Below, in pieces: positions 49,381 to 58,950 of a stretch of DNA of 64,000 bases. The position numbers were made by a program, and so were the translations under genes. The notes under the pieces were generated by a model. That model was given only the letters and a program-made list of their open reading frames with translations. It did not search any database and was not told the DNA's origin. The stretch is from Albidovulum sp. Its GTDB lineage: Bacteria; Pseudomonadota; Alphaproteobacteria; Rhodobacterales; Rhodobacteraceae. Each line of letters starts with the position of its first letter. The first letter of the stretch is position 1. The DNA lies in NCBI GenBank assembly GCA_015491895.1, contig WFVA01000024.1, forward strand, positions 3,323 to 67,322, read 5' to 3'.

Positions 49381-50361
49381 ATGACAATGGACCCATATGA
49401 GGCGCTTGGCGTCAAGAAGACGGCAACGGACGCCGAAATCAAGAAAGCCTACCGCAAGATCGCCAAGGAAAGCCATCCCGATCTCAACCCGGACGACAAG
49501 GAGGCCGAAGCCCGCTTCAAGGCCGCCTCGGCGGCCTATGATCTGCTGAAGGATCCCGAGCAGCGCGCCCGCTTCGATCGCGGCGAGATCGATGCCCAGG
49601 GCCAGGAGCGCCCCGAGCGGCAATTCTATCGCGATTTCGCCGGCGCCGAGGGCAACCCCTACCAGGCGGGGCGCGGCTTCGAAGGCTTTGGCGGGATCGA
49701 TCCCGAAGATATCTTCGCCGATATCCTGCGCCAGCGGGCGCAAGGGGGCGCCCACGGTTTCGGCGGTGGCTTCGGAGATGAATACGGGCGGGATTTCGGC
49801 GGCGCGCGCACCACCTTCAAGGCGCGCGGGCCGGATATGCGCTACTCGATGGAAGTGCCCTTCATGGACGTGGTGAAGGGCGCCACCACCCGCATCACGC
49901 TCCCCACCGGCGGCACGCTCGACGTGAAGATCCCCGAGGGCACAAAGGATGGCCAGACGATCCGCCTGCGCGGCAAGGGCGGCCCCGGCATCGGTGGCGG
50001 CCCGGCGGGCGATGCCTATGTGACGATCGGCGTGAAACCCCATCCGCGCTTCCGCCGCGAGGGGGACGATATCCTCATCACCCTGCCGATCAGCATTGAT
50101 GAAGCGGTGCTTGGCGGCAAGGTCGAGGCGCCCACGATCGACGGGCCGGTGAAGGTCACCATTCCGAAGGGCGCAAACTCGGGGCAGATGCTGCGCCTGC
50201 GCGGGCGCGGCGTGAAGAACCGGCGCACCGGCAAGCGCGGCGACCAGAAGATCGAACTCAGGATCGTCATGCCGCCGAAGATCGATGAGGAACTCGAGAG
50301 CTTCATGAAGGAATGGCGCAAGAAGCACGCCTACAATCCGCGCAAGGGAATGAAGACATGA
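49381..50361 (+). CDS. cbpA: DnaJ-family co-chaperone lacking the zinc finger (CbpA-like)
   Basis: J domain DPYEALGVKKTATDAEIKKAYRKIAKESHPDLNP, G/F-rich linker, two DnaJ C-terminal domains, no CxxCxGxG repeats. Confidence 0.85.
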   Translation: MTMDPYEALGVKKTATDAEIKKAYRKIAKESHPDLNPDDKEAEARFKAASAAYDLLKDPEQRARFDRGEIDAQGQERPERQFYRDFAGAEGNPYQAGRGFEGFGGIDPEDIFADILRQRAQGGAHGFGGGFGDEYGRDFGGARTTFKARGPDMRYSMEVPFMDVVKGATTRITLPTGGTLDVKIPEGTKDGQTIRLRGKGGPGIGGGPAGDAYVTIGVKPHPRFRREGDDILITLPISIDEAVLGGKVEAPTIDGPVKVTIPKGANSGQMLRLRGRGVKNRRTGKRGDQKIELRIVMPPKIDEELESFMKEWRKKHAYNPRKGMKT

Positions 50362-50708
50362 AACAGCGCTATTTCGAAAAGGACGTGATCGAGGCGATCG
50401 AGCTTCTCACCCCGGGGCGGCTCGAGCGCTTCGTGAAGATGCAGGTGATTTCACCGATGCAGACGGACGAGGGCCCGGCCTATCGCGATGTCGATCTGGC
50501 CCGCCTCGAGCTGATGTGCGAACTTTCCGAGCATTTCGGCATGGAGGAGGATGCGCTCGAGATCGTGATGTCGCTCATCGATCAGATGCATGCCCTGCGC
50601 AATCGCCTGCGCCTCATGGCGCGCGCCATCGAGGCGGAGCCGGAAGAGGTGCGCCTTCGCATCGCGCGCTTCATCTGCGAAAGCAATGAGCCGCCCCCGG
50701 AGCAGTGA
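50358..50708 (+). CDS. CbpM-like chaperone-modulatory protein (MerR-type fold)
   Basis: 116 aa, ATGA overlap with the cbpA-like gene. The position and size fit; the sequence call is weaker. Confidence 0.65.
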   Translation: MKQRYFEKDVIEAIELLTPGRLERFVKMQVISPMQTDEGPAYRDVDLARLELMCELSEHFGMEEDALEIVMSLIDQMHALRNRLRLMARAIEAEPEEVRLRIARFICESNEPPPEQ

Positions 50709-50724
50709 AACCGCTGCAAGGATG

Positions 50725-50756
50725 AAAAAAGGCCCGGACGCCATGCCGGGCCTTTA
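50725..50756. terminator. Bidirectional intrinsic terminator between cbpM-like (+) and ccoS (-)
   Basis: AAAAAA-AGGCCCGG-ACGCCATG-CCGGGCCT-TTTA: perfect 8-bp GC stem. The U6 tract lies on the minus-strand transcript (end of ccoGHIS); there is a short U tract on the plus strand. Confidence 0.65.
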
Positions 50757-50773
50757 CCGCTGGCCAAACAGGA

Positions 50774-50932
50774 TCAGGGCTTGGGTTCGTCATCCCAATC
50801 CGAACTCAGGATCCGGTGCCGATCGCCCTCGGGATCATCAAACTGGTTATTCTTCAGCGCCCAGAAAAAGGCCGCAAGCCCTATCCCGCCAAGAAACAGC
50901 GAGGCCGGTATGAGATATATCAGCACGTCCAT
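50774..50932 (-). CDS. ccoS: cbb3 oxidase maturation protein CcoS/FixS
   Basis: Own translation MDVLIYLIPASLFLGGIGLAAFFWALKNNQFDDPEGDRHRILSSDWDDEPKP (52 aa), the canonical CcoS pattern. Below the ORF-track cutoff. Confidence 0.8.
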   Translation of the reverse strand: MDVLIYLIPASLFLGGIGLAAFFWALKNNQFDDPEGDRHRILSSDWDDEPKP

Positions 50933-50945
50933 TCAAAGGGCTCCT

Positions 50946-53153
50946 TCATCGGCGCAGCCTGAGCGCATTCAGTGATACGGTAATCGATGAAGCCGACATC
51001 GCCAAGGCCGCGGCGAGCGGGGTCGCGTATCCGGCCAGCGCGATCGGCACGGCTATCAGGTTGTAGAGAAGCGATATCGCGAAATTCTCCCTGATGCGCG
51101 CCCGGGCCCGGCGGGCGGTATCGACCGTTTCGCCAAGAGGCGAGATATCCGCACCCATCATGACGATATCGGAAGCCACGCGGGCAGCGTCAAGAGCCGT
51201 TGCCGGCGAGATCGAAACATGCGCCGCCGCCAGCGCGGCGGTATCGTTGAGCCCATCGCCCACCATCAGGACGCGGCGCCCGTCTGCGGCGAGCCCGATC
51301 ACGATTTCCGCCTTTTCCTCGGGCCGCACGCCGGCATGGTATTTCCCGATCCCGAGCATTGCGGCAAAGCGGCGGACTGCCGTTTCACTATCCCCGGAAA
51401 GAAGGATCACCTCCATTCCCTGAGCTTCAAGCGCCCGCACCGCCTCTTCAGCCCCCTTGCGAAGGTGATCCTTGAATTCAAAGGCCGCAGGCGCCTCATC
51501 CCCGACTTTCAGCCATGTGGCCGTGCCCTCTCCGGCCTGCGCCCCCAGCCAGTCGGCCCGCCCGAGGCGGATTTCACGGCCCTGCCAGCGCCCCCGCACC
51601 CCGTGGCCCGGCACCTCCTCAAGATCGTTCACTTCCACCGCCTCGATTCCCATTTCACGGATCGCTCCGGCAAGGGAACGCGCCAGAGGGTGTGAGGAGG
51701 CCTCCGCCAGTGCGCGTGCGAGGGAAAGCCTTTCGCGAGGATGGCGATCGAGCGCAAGCGGCTCGGGCGCGCCTTGCGTCAGCGTGCCCGTCTTGTCGAA
51801 CACCACCGTATCCACCTCGGCGAGCCGCTCGAGCGCCGTGGCGCTCTTTATCAGCATTCCGCGCCGGAAAAGCCGGCCCGAAGCGGCCGTGACCACCGCC
51901 GGCACGGCAAGCCCCAGCGCGCAGGGGCAGGTGATGATCAGCACCGCGACGGCGATATTGAGCGCCAGGCGCAGATCCGCCGTCATCGCATACCAGCCGA
52001 TGAAGGCGAGTGCGGAGAGGAGATGCACGCCCGGTGCATAGGCCCGCGCTGCGCGATCTGCGAGCGAGGTGTAGCTGTTCTTCGCGCTTTCAGCCATCGC
52101 CACCAGATCGGCAAGGCGGTTGAGCGAGCTTTCCTCCCCCGCAGCCGTCACGCGCAGCGTCAGGGGGCCCGTGAGATTGATCTCGCCAGCGCTGACCGCC
52201 ATGCCGGGCCCGGCGAAGACGGGCATTGTTTCGCCTGTCAGAAGCGAGCGATCCAGCTCGCTTTCCCCCCGCTCGACAATGCCATCGGCCGGCATCCGCC
52301 CCCCCGGGCGCACCACTATGAGATCCCCCGGGCGAAGCTCGCCCACTGATACGCTCCTTTCTTCTCCCTCTTCGATTCTTGTTGCACGGTGCACTTCGAG
52401 CGCCGAAAGCTCTTGCGCGGCCGAGCGGGCCACGGCGCGGGTGCGGAAATCGAGATAACGCCCCGCGAGGAGGAAGAATGTGAGCGAGAGCGCGGCATCG
52501 AAATAGGCGTGCCGTCCGCTCTGCATGGTTTCATACAGCGAAAGCCCCGCGGCGAGGACAATGGCGAGCGAAATCGGCACATCCATGTTGAGCCGCCTAA
52601 CCCTGAGCGCCTTCCAGGCATTGCGGAAGAAGGGCTGGGCGGAAAAGGCGATCACCGGCAGGGTGATGAGGGCGGAAATCCAGTGAAACAGATCACGGGT
52701 GGCATCCGCCGCCCCCGACCATACGGCCACGGAAAGCAGCATCACGTTCATCATCGCGAAACCGGCCACCGCGAGGCGCATCAGAAGATCGCGGCTTTCC
52801 CTGTCGGCTGCGGTGGCGGCAAGAGCCTCGGCATCAAGCTCGTGCGCTTCGTAGCCGATCCCCTCCAGCGCCTTGATGAGATCCTGCGGGCCCACCTCCG
52901 CCCCCGCCTCGACGCTCACCCGCTTCAGGGAGAGATTCACCCGCGCATCCCGCACCCCCGGGTGGCGCATGAGCCGGCGCTCCACCGCCGAGATGCAGGC
53001 CGCACAGTGAACTGTCGGCAGCGAGAGCATGATCGTGCCCTCCCGGGCCGACGCCGCGCCGCGCTGTGCCGCCGCCGCAGCGATACGTTCTGCGGAAGGC
53101 GCAGCGATGCAGGCCGGGCAGGCGGAAGCGGAGGGCGGGACCGTCTTTCCCAT
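50946..53153 (-). CDS. ccoI: Copper-translocating P1B-type ATPase CcoI/FixI
   Basis: N-terminal HCAACI metal-binding domain, CPC in TM6 (ITCPCALG), DKTGTLT, GDGLNDT. Confidence 0.9.
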   Translation of the reverse strand: MGKTVPPSASACPACIAAPSAERIAAAAAQRGAASAREGTIMLSLPTVHCAACISAVERRLMRHPGVRDARVNLSLKRVSVEAGAEVGPQDLIKALEGIGYEAHELDAEALAATAADRESRDLLMRLAVAGFAMMNVMLLSVAVWSGAADATRDLFHWISALITLPVIAFSAQPFFRNAWKALRVRRLNMDVPISLAIVLAAGLSLYETMQSGRHAYFDAALSLTFFLLAGRYLDFRTRAVARSAAQELSALEVHRATRIEEGEERSVSVGELRPGDLIVVRPGGRMPADGIVERGESELDRSLLTGETMPVFAGPGMAVSAGEINLTGPLTLRVTAAGEESSLNRLADLVAMAESAKNSYTSLADRAARAYAPGVHLLSALAFIGWYAMTADLRLALNIAVAVLIITCPCALGLAVPAVVTAASGRLFRRGMLIKSATALERLAEVDTVVFDKTGTLTQGAPEPLALDRHPRERLSLARALAEASSHPLARSLAGAIREMGIEAVEVNDLEEVPGHGVRGRWQGREIRLGRADWLGAQAGEGTATWLKVGDEAPAAFEFKDHLRKGAEEAVRALEAQGMEVILLSGDSETAVRRFAAMLGIGKYHAGVRPEEKAEIVIGLAADGRRVLMVGDGLNDTAALAAAHVSISPATALDAARVASDIVMMGADISPLGETVDTARRARARIRENFAISLLYNLIAVPIALAGYATPLAAALAMSASSITVSLNALRLRR

Positions 53154-53166
53154 TTGGTGGCCTCGT

Positions 53167-53649
53167 CTATTCCTTTACAAACAGCTCCCGGGTCTGACGG
53201 AAAAGCGTGCCGTCATCGGAATATGCCTTGAGGCGGACTTCCCAGATACCGGGAGCCAGATCGAGGGGTGCCTTGAAGATGCCGTCGCTGTATTCGAAAA
53301 CGGGCGTCACATCGCTCCTGCGCTCCGTTGCCCGCCCCACGGTTGCCTCGAGCTTCGCCGGCTGCACCGGCTGGCCCGCGGCATCGACGAACCTGAGCAT
53401 CAGTTCGCCATCGCCGTAATCCACCGCAAGCCGCCAGCCGAGCCCGATCTGGGCCTCGCGCAGGGCATCAAACTGCTGGCTGGCGACATAGCTGTTCTTG
53501 ACCTCGAGCCCGGGAAAGGTGCGGATCGCATTGAATGCCAGAACGAGATTGACAGTGATGATGACGCCAAAGAAGGCGAGGATGATCAACAGTACCTTGC
53601 GGCCTGTCAGGGGGCGCCCTTCGCTCATCTCTGCATCTCCTGCCTTCAT
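53167..53649 (-). CDS. ccoH: CcoH/FixH
   Basis: 160 aa, single TM, FixH-like. Positioned between ccoG and ccoI. Confidence 0.85.
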   Translation of the reverse strand: MKAGDAEMSEGRPLTGRKVLLIILAFFGVIITVNLVLAFNAIRTFPGLEVKNSYVASQQFDALREAQIGLGWRLAVDYGDGELMLRFVDAAGQPVQPAKLEATVGRATERRSDVTPVFEYSDGIFKAPLDLAPGIWEVRLKAYSDDGTLFRQTRELFVKE

Positions 53650-55073
53650 TCCGGTTTGCCGTTGAAAATGGTGTCCTTGTAGTCACGAACGTGATTTTCG
53701 AGATCCTCGACCCAGATGCGGATCGGTGTCCTTTCCCTGCGAGCAGCAGGGGAATCCGGCGGCGCCGTCACATATACACGAAGCTGGCCGGTGGTGTCAG
53801 CAGGAACGCGAACGATGAGATCGTCCTCACCCTCGACCGAAAGGGTCATCGGATCATCCGCCTTCAGCGACAAGGCAAAATCGCGATCCTCGCCGTGCAT
53901 GTTGCGCAGGCGCACATCATATGTATTGCGGATCGACCCGTCCGAAAGCATGACATAGGTCGGGTTGCGCACCGGCGAGACCCGGATATCGATCTCGGAG
54001 CGCATGAAGAGCGCAACCACCAGCGCCAGCCCCACGGCCGACCAGAGCGCCGTGTAGATCATGGTGCGCAGGCGGAAGATATGCTTCCAGATCGGGCGCG
54101 GCGGATTGCCGGCGCGCTCGAGAGGCTCATCGGAAAGTGCGAGATAATCGATCAGGCCGCGGGGTTTGCCGATCTTCTCCATCACGTCGTCACAGGCATC
54201 GATGCACAGGGCGCAGGTGATGCATTCGAGCTGCTGGCCATCGCGGATATCGATCCCCATCGGGCAGACATTGACGCAGGCATTGCAATCGATGCAATCG
54301 CCAAGGCCCTCCACATCGGCCCCCTTGCGCCGCTTGCCCCTCGGCTCGCCGCGCCAGTGACGATAGCCGACGGTGAGCGTGTCCTCGTCCATCATCGCCG
54401 CCTGGATGCGGGGCCAGGGGCACATGTAGATGCACACCTGCTCACGCATGAAGCCGCCGAAGGTGAAGGTGGTGGCCGTCAGCACGAAGATGGTCGTATA
54501 GGCAACGGGATGGGCCGTGCCGCTGAGAAGATCGTGAAGCAGCGTCGGTGCATCGGTGAAATAGAAGACCCAGGCCCCGCCGGTGGCCACAGCGATCAGG
54601 AGCCAGACCGTCCATTTGAAAAGGCGCAGGCGGATCTTCTTAAAGTTCCAGGGCGAGCGCCAGAGCCGGATGCGCGCGTTGCGATCACCCTCGATCCAGC
54701 GCTCGACGAGAATATAGAGATCCGTCCATACGGTCTGCGGGCAGGCATAGCCGCACCAGACGCGCCCGAGCGCGGAGGTGAACAGGAAAAGCCCGAGCCC
54801 CGCCATGATCAGGAGCCCTGCCACGAAGTAGAATTCATGCGGCCAGATCTCGATCATGAAGAAATAGAAACGCCTGTTGGCGAGATCAATCAGAACTGCC
54901 TGATCGGGAAGATTCGGCCCGCGGTCCCAGCGAATCCATGGCGTGATATAATAGACGCCAAGCGCCACCGCCATCACGATCCACTTCAGGGTTCTGAACC
55001 GGCCATTGACACGGCGCGGGAAAACCGGCTCGCGGGCCTTGTAGAGCTGTGGGGCGTTATCTGTGCTCGACAC
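53646..55073 (-). CDS. ccoG: CcoG/FixG (RdxB-like) 4Fe-4S ferredoxin membrane protein
   Basis: CGYACPQ, CIDCNACVNVCPMGIDIR, CITCALCIDAC clusters. GTG 55073 chosen (GGAGAA 5 nt upstream) because the longest-ORF ATG (55139) lies inside the FNR box. Confidence 0.85.
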   Translation of the reverse strand: MSSTDNAPQLYKAREPVFPRRVNGRFRTLKWIVMAVALGVYYITPWIRWDRGPNLPDQAVLIDLANRRFYFFMIEIWPHEFYFVAGLLIMAGLGLFLFTSALGRVWCGYACPQTVWTDLYILVERWIEGDRNARIRLWRSPWNFKKIRLRLFKWTVWLLIAVATGGAWVFYFTDAPTLLHDLLSGTAHPVAYTTIFVLTATTFTFGGFMREQVCIYMCPWPRIQAAMMDEDTLTVGYRHWRGEPRGKRRKGADVEGLGDCIDCNACVNVCPMGIDIRDGQQLECITCALCIDACDDVMEKIGKPRGLIDYLALSDEPLERAGNPPRPIWKHIFRLRTMIYTALWSAVGLALVVALFMRSEIDIRVSPVRNPTYVMLSDGSIRNTYDVRLRNMHGEDRDFALSLKADDPMTLSVEGEDDLIVRVPADTTGQLRVYVTAPPDSPAARRERTPIRIWVEDLENHVRDYKDTIFNGKPE

Positions 55074-55138
55074 GGAACTTCTCCGATCATGATGATGGGC
55101 CAACAGGGCCGCTCTGCCAGCTTCGGCTCCTGATAACA

Positions 55139-55152
55139 TTGACCTCGATCAA
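55139..55152. promoter_or_regulatory. FNR/FnrL-type box TTGACCTCGATCAA (1 mismatch to TTGAT-N4-ATCAA) upstream of ccoG
   Basis: Read directly; 66 nt upstream of the proposed ccoG GTG. Confidence 0.6.
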
Positions 55153-55230
55153 TGGTTTTCAAGTATGCCCTGCGGGGCCTGCGCCCTTCTGTCGCTGGCG
55201 CTCTGCCCCCTGGCGGCGATCAAATGACGC

Positions 55231-55259
55231 AATTGAAGGGCGGTTTTCGCCCTTCAATT
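55231..55259. repeat. Perfect 12-bp inverted repeat AATTGAAGGGCG-GTTTT-CGCCCTTCAATT
   Basis: Read directly in the ccoG-ccoP spacer. Confidence 0.85.
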
Positions 55260-55331
55260 ACCCACTGACAGGAATTAAGGTGGCACCGACCCCCAAGGAA
55301 ACGCGCGAACAGGACTGGGTGTCGGTGCCGT

Positions 55332-55364
55332 CCGGGGGCTGGAGACCCCCGGATTTCTTTTTTC
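55332..55364 (+). terminator. Intrinsic-terminator-like hairpin whose U-tract lies on the plus strand
   Basis: CCGGGGG-CTGGAGA-CCCCCGG followed by ATTTCTTTTTTC; it abuts the ccoP stop codon. On the minus strand the hairpin is preceded by an A-run and followed by ACGGCA (no U-tract). Confidence 0.45.
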
Positions 55365-56239
55365 TACTGACCGCCGCCAAGCCCGTGGACATAGAAGGCC
55401 ACGGCCTTGATATCGGCTTCGCTCAGGCGGGCATTCCAGTTGGGCATCACGCCGGCCCGGCCATTGGCAACGCTCTCCATGATATCCTCGCGGCTGCCGC
55501 CATAGAGCCAGATTGCATTGGTGAGATCCGGGGCGCCCAGATCGGGATCCCCCTTGGCATCCTCGCCGTGGCAGGCCGTGCAATTATCCTCGAATACCAC
55601 CTTGCCAGCCTCGACCAGCTTTGCATTCGCGTCTTTCTGATTGAACGAAAGCACGTATTCCACCACAGCCACGAGCTCGTCGGGCTCCAGCACATCGGCC
55701 CAGGCGGGCATGTCACCCGTGCGGGTTTCCTCATCCGCCTCGGTCCGGATGCCGTGGTTCACGGTGATGTGGATGTTCTCCAGATCGCCGCCCCAGAGCC
55801 ATTCGTCATCCAGAAGGTTGGGGAAGCCCTTGGCCCCCTGCCCCCCCGCGCCGTGGCACTGAATGCACCATGTCTTGAACACGGCGGCCCCGGCCTGGGT
55901 TGCATAGTGCTTCAGTTCGGGATCCTGGGCCACTTCGGTGATGTCCGTCTCGGCCAGTTTCTTTTCGATCCCGGCGTTCATCTCCTCGAAACGCTTGATC
56001 TCTTCGGCGACATCGCCGCGGGTCGAGAAGCCGAGCACACCCGGGGTCGCCCGCTCCATCAGCGGCCAGGCCGGATAGGCGATCATGTAACCGACGGCAA
56101 AGACGATCGAGGCGTAGAATGTCCACAACCACCAGCGCGGCAGGGGATTGTTGTATTCCTCGATACCATCCCAGGAATGGCCCGTGGTTTCGACCTGTTT
56201 CTGCTCTTTCTTCGGAGCCTTGCGGGGTGCTTTCGTCAT
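55364..56239 (-). CDS. ccoP: cbb3-type cytochrome c oxidase subunit III (dihaem c)
   Basis: Two CxxCH motifs (CIQCHG, CTACHG); N-terminal TM. Confidence 0.9.
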   Translation of the reverse strand: MTKAPRKAPKKEQKQVETTGHSWDGIEEYNNPLPRWWLWTFYASIVFAVGYMIAYPAWPLMERATPGVLGFSTRGDVAEEIKRFEEMNAGIEKKLAETDITEVAQDPELKHYATQAGAAVFKTWCIQCHGAGGQGAKGFPNLLDDEWLWGGDLENIHITVNHGIRTEADEETRTGDMPAWADVLEPDELVAVVEYVLSFNQKDANAKLVEAGKVVFEDNCTACHGEDAKGDPDLGAPDLTNAIWLYGGSREDIMESVANGRAGVMPNWNARLSEADIKAVAFYVHGLGGGQ

Positions 56240-56451
56240 TGCCGCGCCTCCTTCACATCGTTGGCGAATGCCGCGGTGGCATCATCGCAGGCGGGTTTTT
56301 CTTCATGGCGAAACGGGATTTCTGCAGCCTCGTTCTGGTAGCGGCTGGCGCCGGGGCGGAACACCCAGACAACAACCCCCAGAAAAAAGGTGAACATGAA
56401 CAGCAGGAACCAGCTGTCGGCAAATTCACGCAGAAGGGAGTACTGGTCCAT
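56236..56451 (-). CDS. ccoQ: cbb3-type oxidase subunit CcoQ
   Basis: 71 aa, single TM (WFLLFMFTFFLGVVVWVFRP). Lies between ccoO and ccoP with a 4-nt overlap. Confidence 0.8.
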   Translation of the reverse strand: MDQYSLLREFADSWFLLFMFTFFLGVVVWVFRPGASRYQNEAAEIPFRHEEKPACDDATAAFANDVKEARQ

Positions 56452-56463
56452 TTCTTCCCTCCC

Positions 56464-57192
56464 CTATCGGCTCTTGTCGGGCGTGAAGGTCGAGAAATCG
56501 ACCAGCGTGCCAAGCATCTGCAGATAGGCAACCAGCGCATCCATTTCCGAGACGCCGGGCGCCCCGTCAAAATTACGCACCTGCACATTTTCACCATAGC
56601 GCTCGATCAGGCCATCGTAATCGCTGTCAGGATCGGCCTGCGCCAGGAAATCCGCCTTGGCATTCTCGATCATCTCATCGGTATAGGGATCGCCGACCGC
56701 GCGATAGGTGAGCAGCAGTTCCTCGATATGCTCGGGATCGATCATCCGATCCTTGAGGAAGCCGTATTTGGGCATGATCGATTCCGGCACCACCGATTGC
56801 GGATCGGTGAGGTGATCCACGTGCCACTGATCCGAATAGCGGCCGCCAACACGTGCGAGATCCGGGCCGGTGCGCTTGGAGCCCCACTGGAACGGGTGAT
56901 CATACATCGATTCCGCCGCCAGCGAATAATGGCCGTAACGCTCCACCTCATCACGCATCGGGCGGATCATCTGGCTGTGACAGACATAGCAGCCCTCGCG
57001 GATGTAGATGTTGCGCCCCGTCTGCTCGAGTGGCGTGTAGACCCGCATCCCCTGCACCTTCTCGATGGTGTTCTGCAGATAGAAGAGGGGCACGATCTCC
57101 ACGATGCCGCCGATCGTCACCACGATGAAGGAGAAGATCAGCAGGAGGGTGGCGTTGCGCTCAATGACGCCGTGCTTGTCGATAAGTGCCAT
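56464..57192 (-). CDS. ccoO: cbb3-type oxidase subunit II (monohaem c)
   Basis: [16 protein letters not shown] (CxxCH) and conserved FixO blocks. Confidence 0.95.
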   Translation of the reverse strand: MALIDKHGVIERNATLLLIFSFIVVTIGGIVEIVPLFYLQNTIEKVQGMRVYTPLEQTGRNIYIREGCYVCHSQMIRPMRDEVERYGHYSLAAESMYDHPFQWGSKRTGPDLARVGGRYSDQWHVDHLTDPQSVVPESIMPKYGFLKDRMIDPEHIEELLLTYRAVGDPYTDEMIENAKADFLAQADPDSDYDGLIERYGENVQVRNFDGAPGVSEMDALVAYLQMLGTLVDFSTFTPDKSR

Positions 57193-57205
57193 TTTACGGG
57201 CCTCC

Positions 57206-58801
57206 TTATTCAGCCGGCGCCGCAGCGGGGGCCTCGGCCGCAGCCGGGCTCCGCTTGACGGTCATCCAGAGGTTATAGGCCATGATGCATGCGCCTGCGA
57301 GGTAGAGCAGTCCACCGGTGGCGCGCGCCACGTTCATCGGGAATTTCGCGGCAACGGTATCGGCGAAGGAGTTCACGAGGAAGCCCTGCGCATCCACCTC
57401 ACGCCACATCAGGCCTTCCATGATGCCCGAAACCCACATCGAGGAGGCGTAGAGCACGATGCCGATGGTCGCGAGCCAGAAGTGCCAGTTCACAAGCGTG
57501 AGCGAGTAGAGCCGCTCGCGCTTCCACAGCTTCGGCACGAGGAAGTAGAGTGCGCCGAAGGTGATCATGCCGTTCCAGCCCAGGGCGCCGGAATGCACGT
57601 GGCCGATCGTCCAGTCGGTATAGTGGCTGAGCGAGTTCACGGCGCGGATCGACATCATCGGCCCCTCGAAGGTGGACATGCCGTAGAAGGCCACCGAAAC
57701 CACCATCATGCGGATGATCGGATCGGTGCGCAGCTTGTCCCACGCGCCCGAGAGGGTCATCAGGCCGTTGATCATGCCGCCCCAGGAGGGCATCCAGAGC
57801 ATGATCGAGAACACCATGCCGAGCGTCGAGGCCCAGTCGGGCAGCGCGGTGTAGTGCAGGTGGTGGGGGCCGGCCCAGATGTAGAGGAAGATCAGCGCCC
57901 AGAAGTGGATGATCGAAAGCTTGTAGCTGTACACCGGGCGCTCGGCCTGCTTGGGCACGAAGTAGTACATCATGCCGAGGAAGCCGGCGGTGAGGAAGAA
58001 GCCCACGGCGTTATGGCCATACCACCATTGCGTCATCGCGTCCTGCACGCCGGAGAAGAGCTGCACGGATTTCGAGCCGAAGATCGAAACCGGAATCGCC
58101 AGGTTGTTGACGATGTGCAGCATGGCGATGGTGACGATGAACGAAAGGTAGAACCAGTTCGCCACGTAGATGTGCTTTTCCTTGCGGTTGTAGAGCGTGC
58201 CCATGAACACCGCGAGATAGGCGACCCAGACGATGGTGAGCCACAGATCGGTGTACCACTCGGGCTCGGCGTATTCCTTGGACTGCGTGGCGCCGAGCAC
58301 ATAGCCCGTGGCCGCCAGAACGATGAAGAGCTGATAGCCCCAGAAGACGAACCATGCGAGATTGCCGCCCCACAGCCGCGCCGCGCTCGTGCGCTGCACC
58401 ACGTAGAAGGAGGTGGCGATCAATGCGCTGCCGCCGAAGGCGAAGATCACGGCCGAGGTGTGCAGGGGGCGCAACCGGCCGAAATTGAGATAACCTTGGG
58501 CCCATTCGAAATTGAGCCAGGGGAAGGCCAGCTGGGAAGCGATATACACCCCCATGAAGAAGCCGACGAGCCCCCAGAAGACGGTGGCGATCACGCCGTA
58601 GCGGATCACCTTGTCCATGTATCCGGTTTCCACCACACGCTCTTCACCGAAGTTGCGCAGCGTGTAGAGGAATGCAATGCCGGCCGCGGCCATGAAGATG
58701 AGCGCATGCACCAGATAGGCCAGATCGCGCGCCTGGTTGGCGGCATATGCGGCAAGCACCGCAACGACCCCCAGCACGGCGAGTTTAACGAAATCCCACA
58801 T
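57206..58801 (-). CDS. ccoN: cbb3-type oxidase subunit I
   Basis: 531 aa, 12+ TM, haem-copper oxidase His ligands ([21 protein letters not shown]-type blocks). Confidence 0.95.
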   Translation of the reverse strand: MWDFVKLAVLGVVAVLAAYAANQARDLAYLVHALIFMAAAGIAFLYTLRNFGEERVVETGYMDKVIRYGVIATVFWGLVGFFMGVYIASQLAFPWLNFEWAQGYLNFGRLRPLHTSAVIFAFGGSALIATSFYVVQRTSAARLWGGNLAWFVFWGYQLFIVLAATGYVLGATQSKEYAEPEWYTDLWLTIVWVAYLAVFMGTLYNRKEKHIYVANWFYLSFIVTIAMLHIVNNLAIPVSIFGSKSVQLFSGVQDAMTQWWYGHNAVGFFLTAGFLGMMYYFVPKQAERPVYSYKLSIIHFWALIFLYIWAGPHHLHYTALPDWASTLGMVFSIMLWMPSWGGMINGLMTLSGAWDKLRTDPIIRMMVVSVAFYGMSTFEGPMMSIRAVNSLSHYTDWTIGHVHSGALGWNGMITFGALYFLVPKLWKRERLYSLTLVNWHFWLATIGIVLYASSMWVSGIMEGLMWREVDAQGFLVNSFADTVAAKFPMNVARATGGLLYLAGACIMAYNLWMTVKRSPAAAEAPAAAPAE

Positions 58802-58904
58802 TGTGCGTCCCTTTTTTCATTCAAGTAGGCGGCACGGGCAGCCCGCCGGCCCGCCCGATCCTGTTCGTCCTATTGCGGTATGGAGACAGCTTTGGCAAGC
58901 CACC

Positions 58905-58918
58905 TTGATCCATGTCAA
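58905..58918. promoter_or_regulatory. FNR-type box TTGATCCATGTCAA (ccoN-proximal)
   Basis: One mismatch to TTGAT-N4-ATCAA; centre 110 nt upstream of the ccoN ATG. Confidence 0.6.
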
Positions 58919-58936
58919 ATTTCAGCAGGGAAACCG

Positions 58937-58950
58937 TTGATCGATATCAA
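58937..58950. promoter_or_regulatory. Perfect FNR-type box TTGATCGATATCAA (usp-proximal)
   Basis: Exact TTGAT-N4-ATCAA; centre 87 nt upstream of the usp ATG and 32 bp from the other box. Confidence 0.7.

Noticed and set aside
55165-55227. 20-aa Cys-rich mini-ORF MPCGACALLSLALCPLAAIK in the ccoG-ccoP spacer
   Set aside because: There is no SD, it is very short, and it lies partly upstream of the most plausible plus-strand transcription start. Its composition is as expected from GC-rich non-coding DNA.
57104-58828. 574-aa plus-strand ORF opposite ccoN. Similar cases are 27610..29472 (opposite the RND permease), 21797..23599 (opposite the acyl-CoA dehydrogenase), 10095..11738 (opposite the TPR gene), 3077..4276 (opposite EAL/phaA) and 13759..15087 (opposite greA and the 351-aa gene)
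   Set aside because: Each lies antisense to a gene with strong family signatures, has low-complexity Arg/His/Gly/Pro-rich composition, and shows no motifs. All are treated as codon-bias artefacts.
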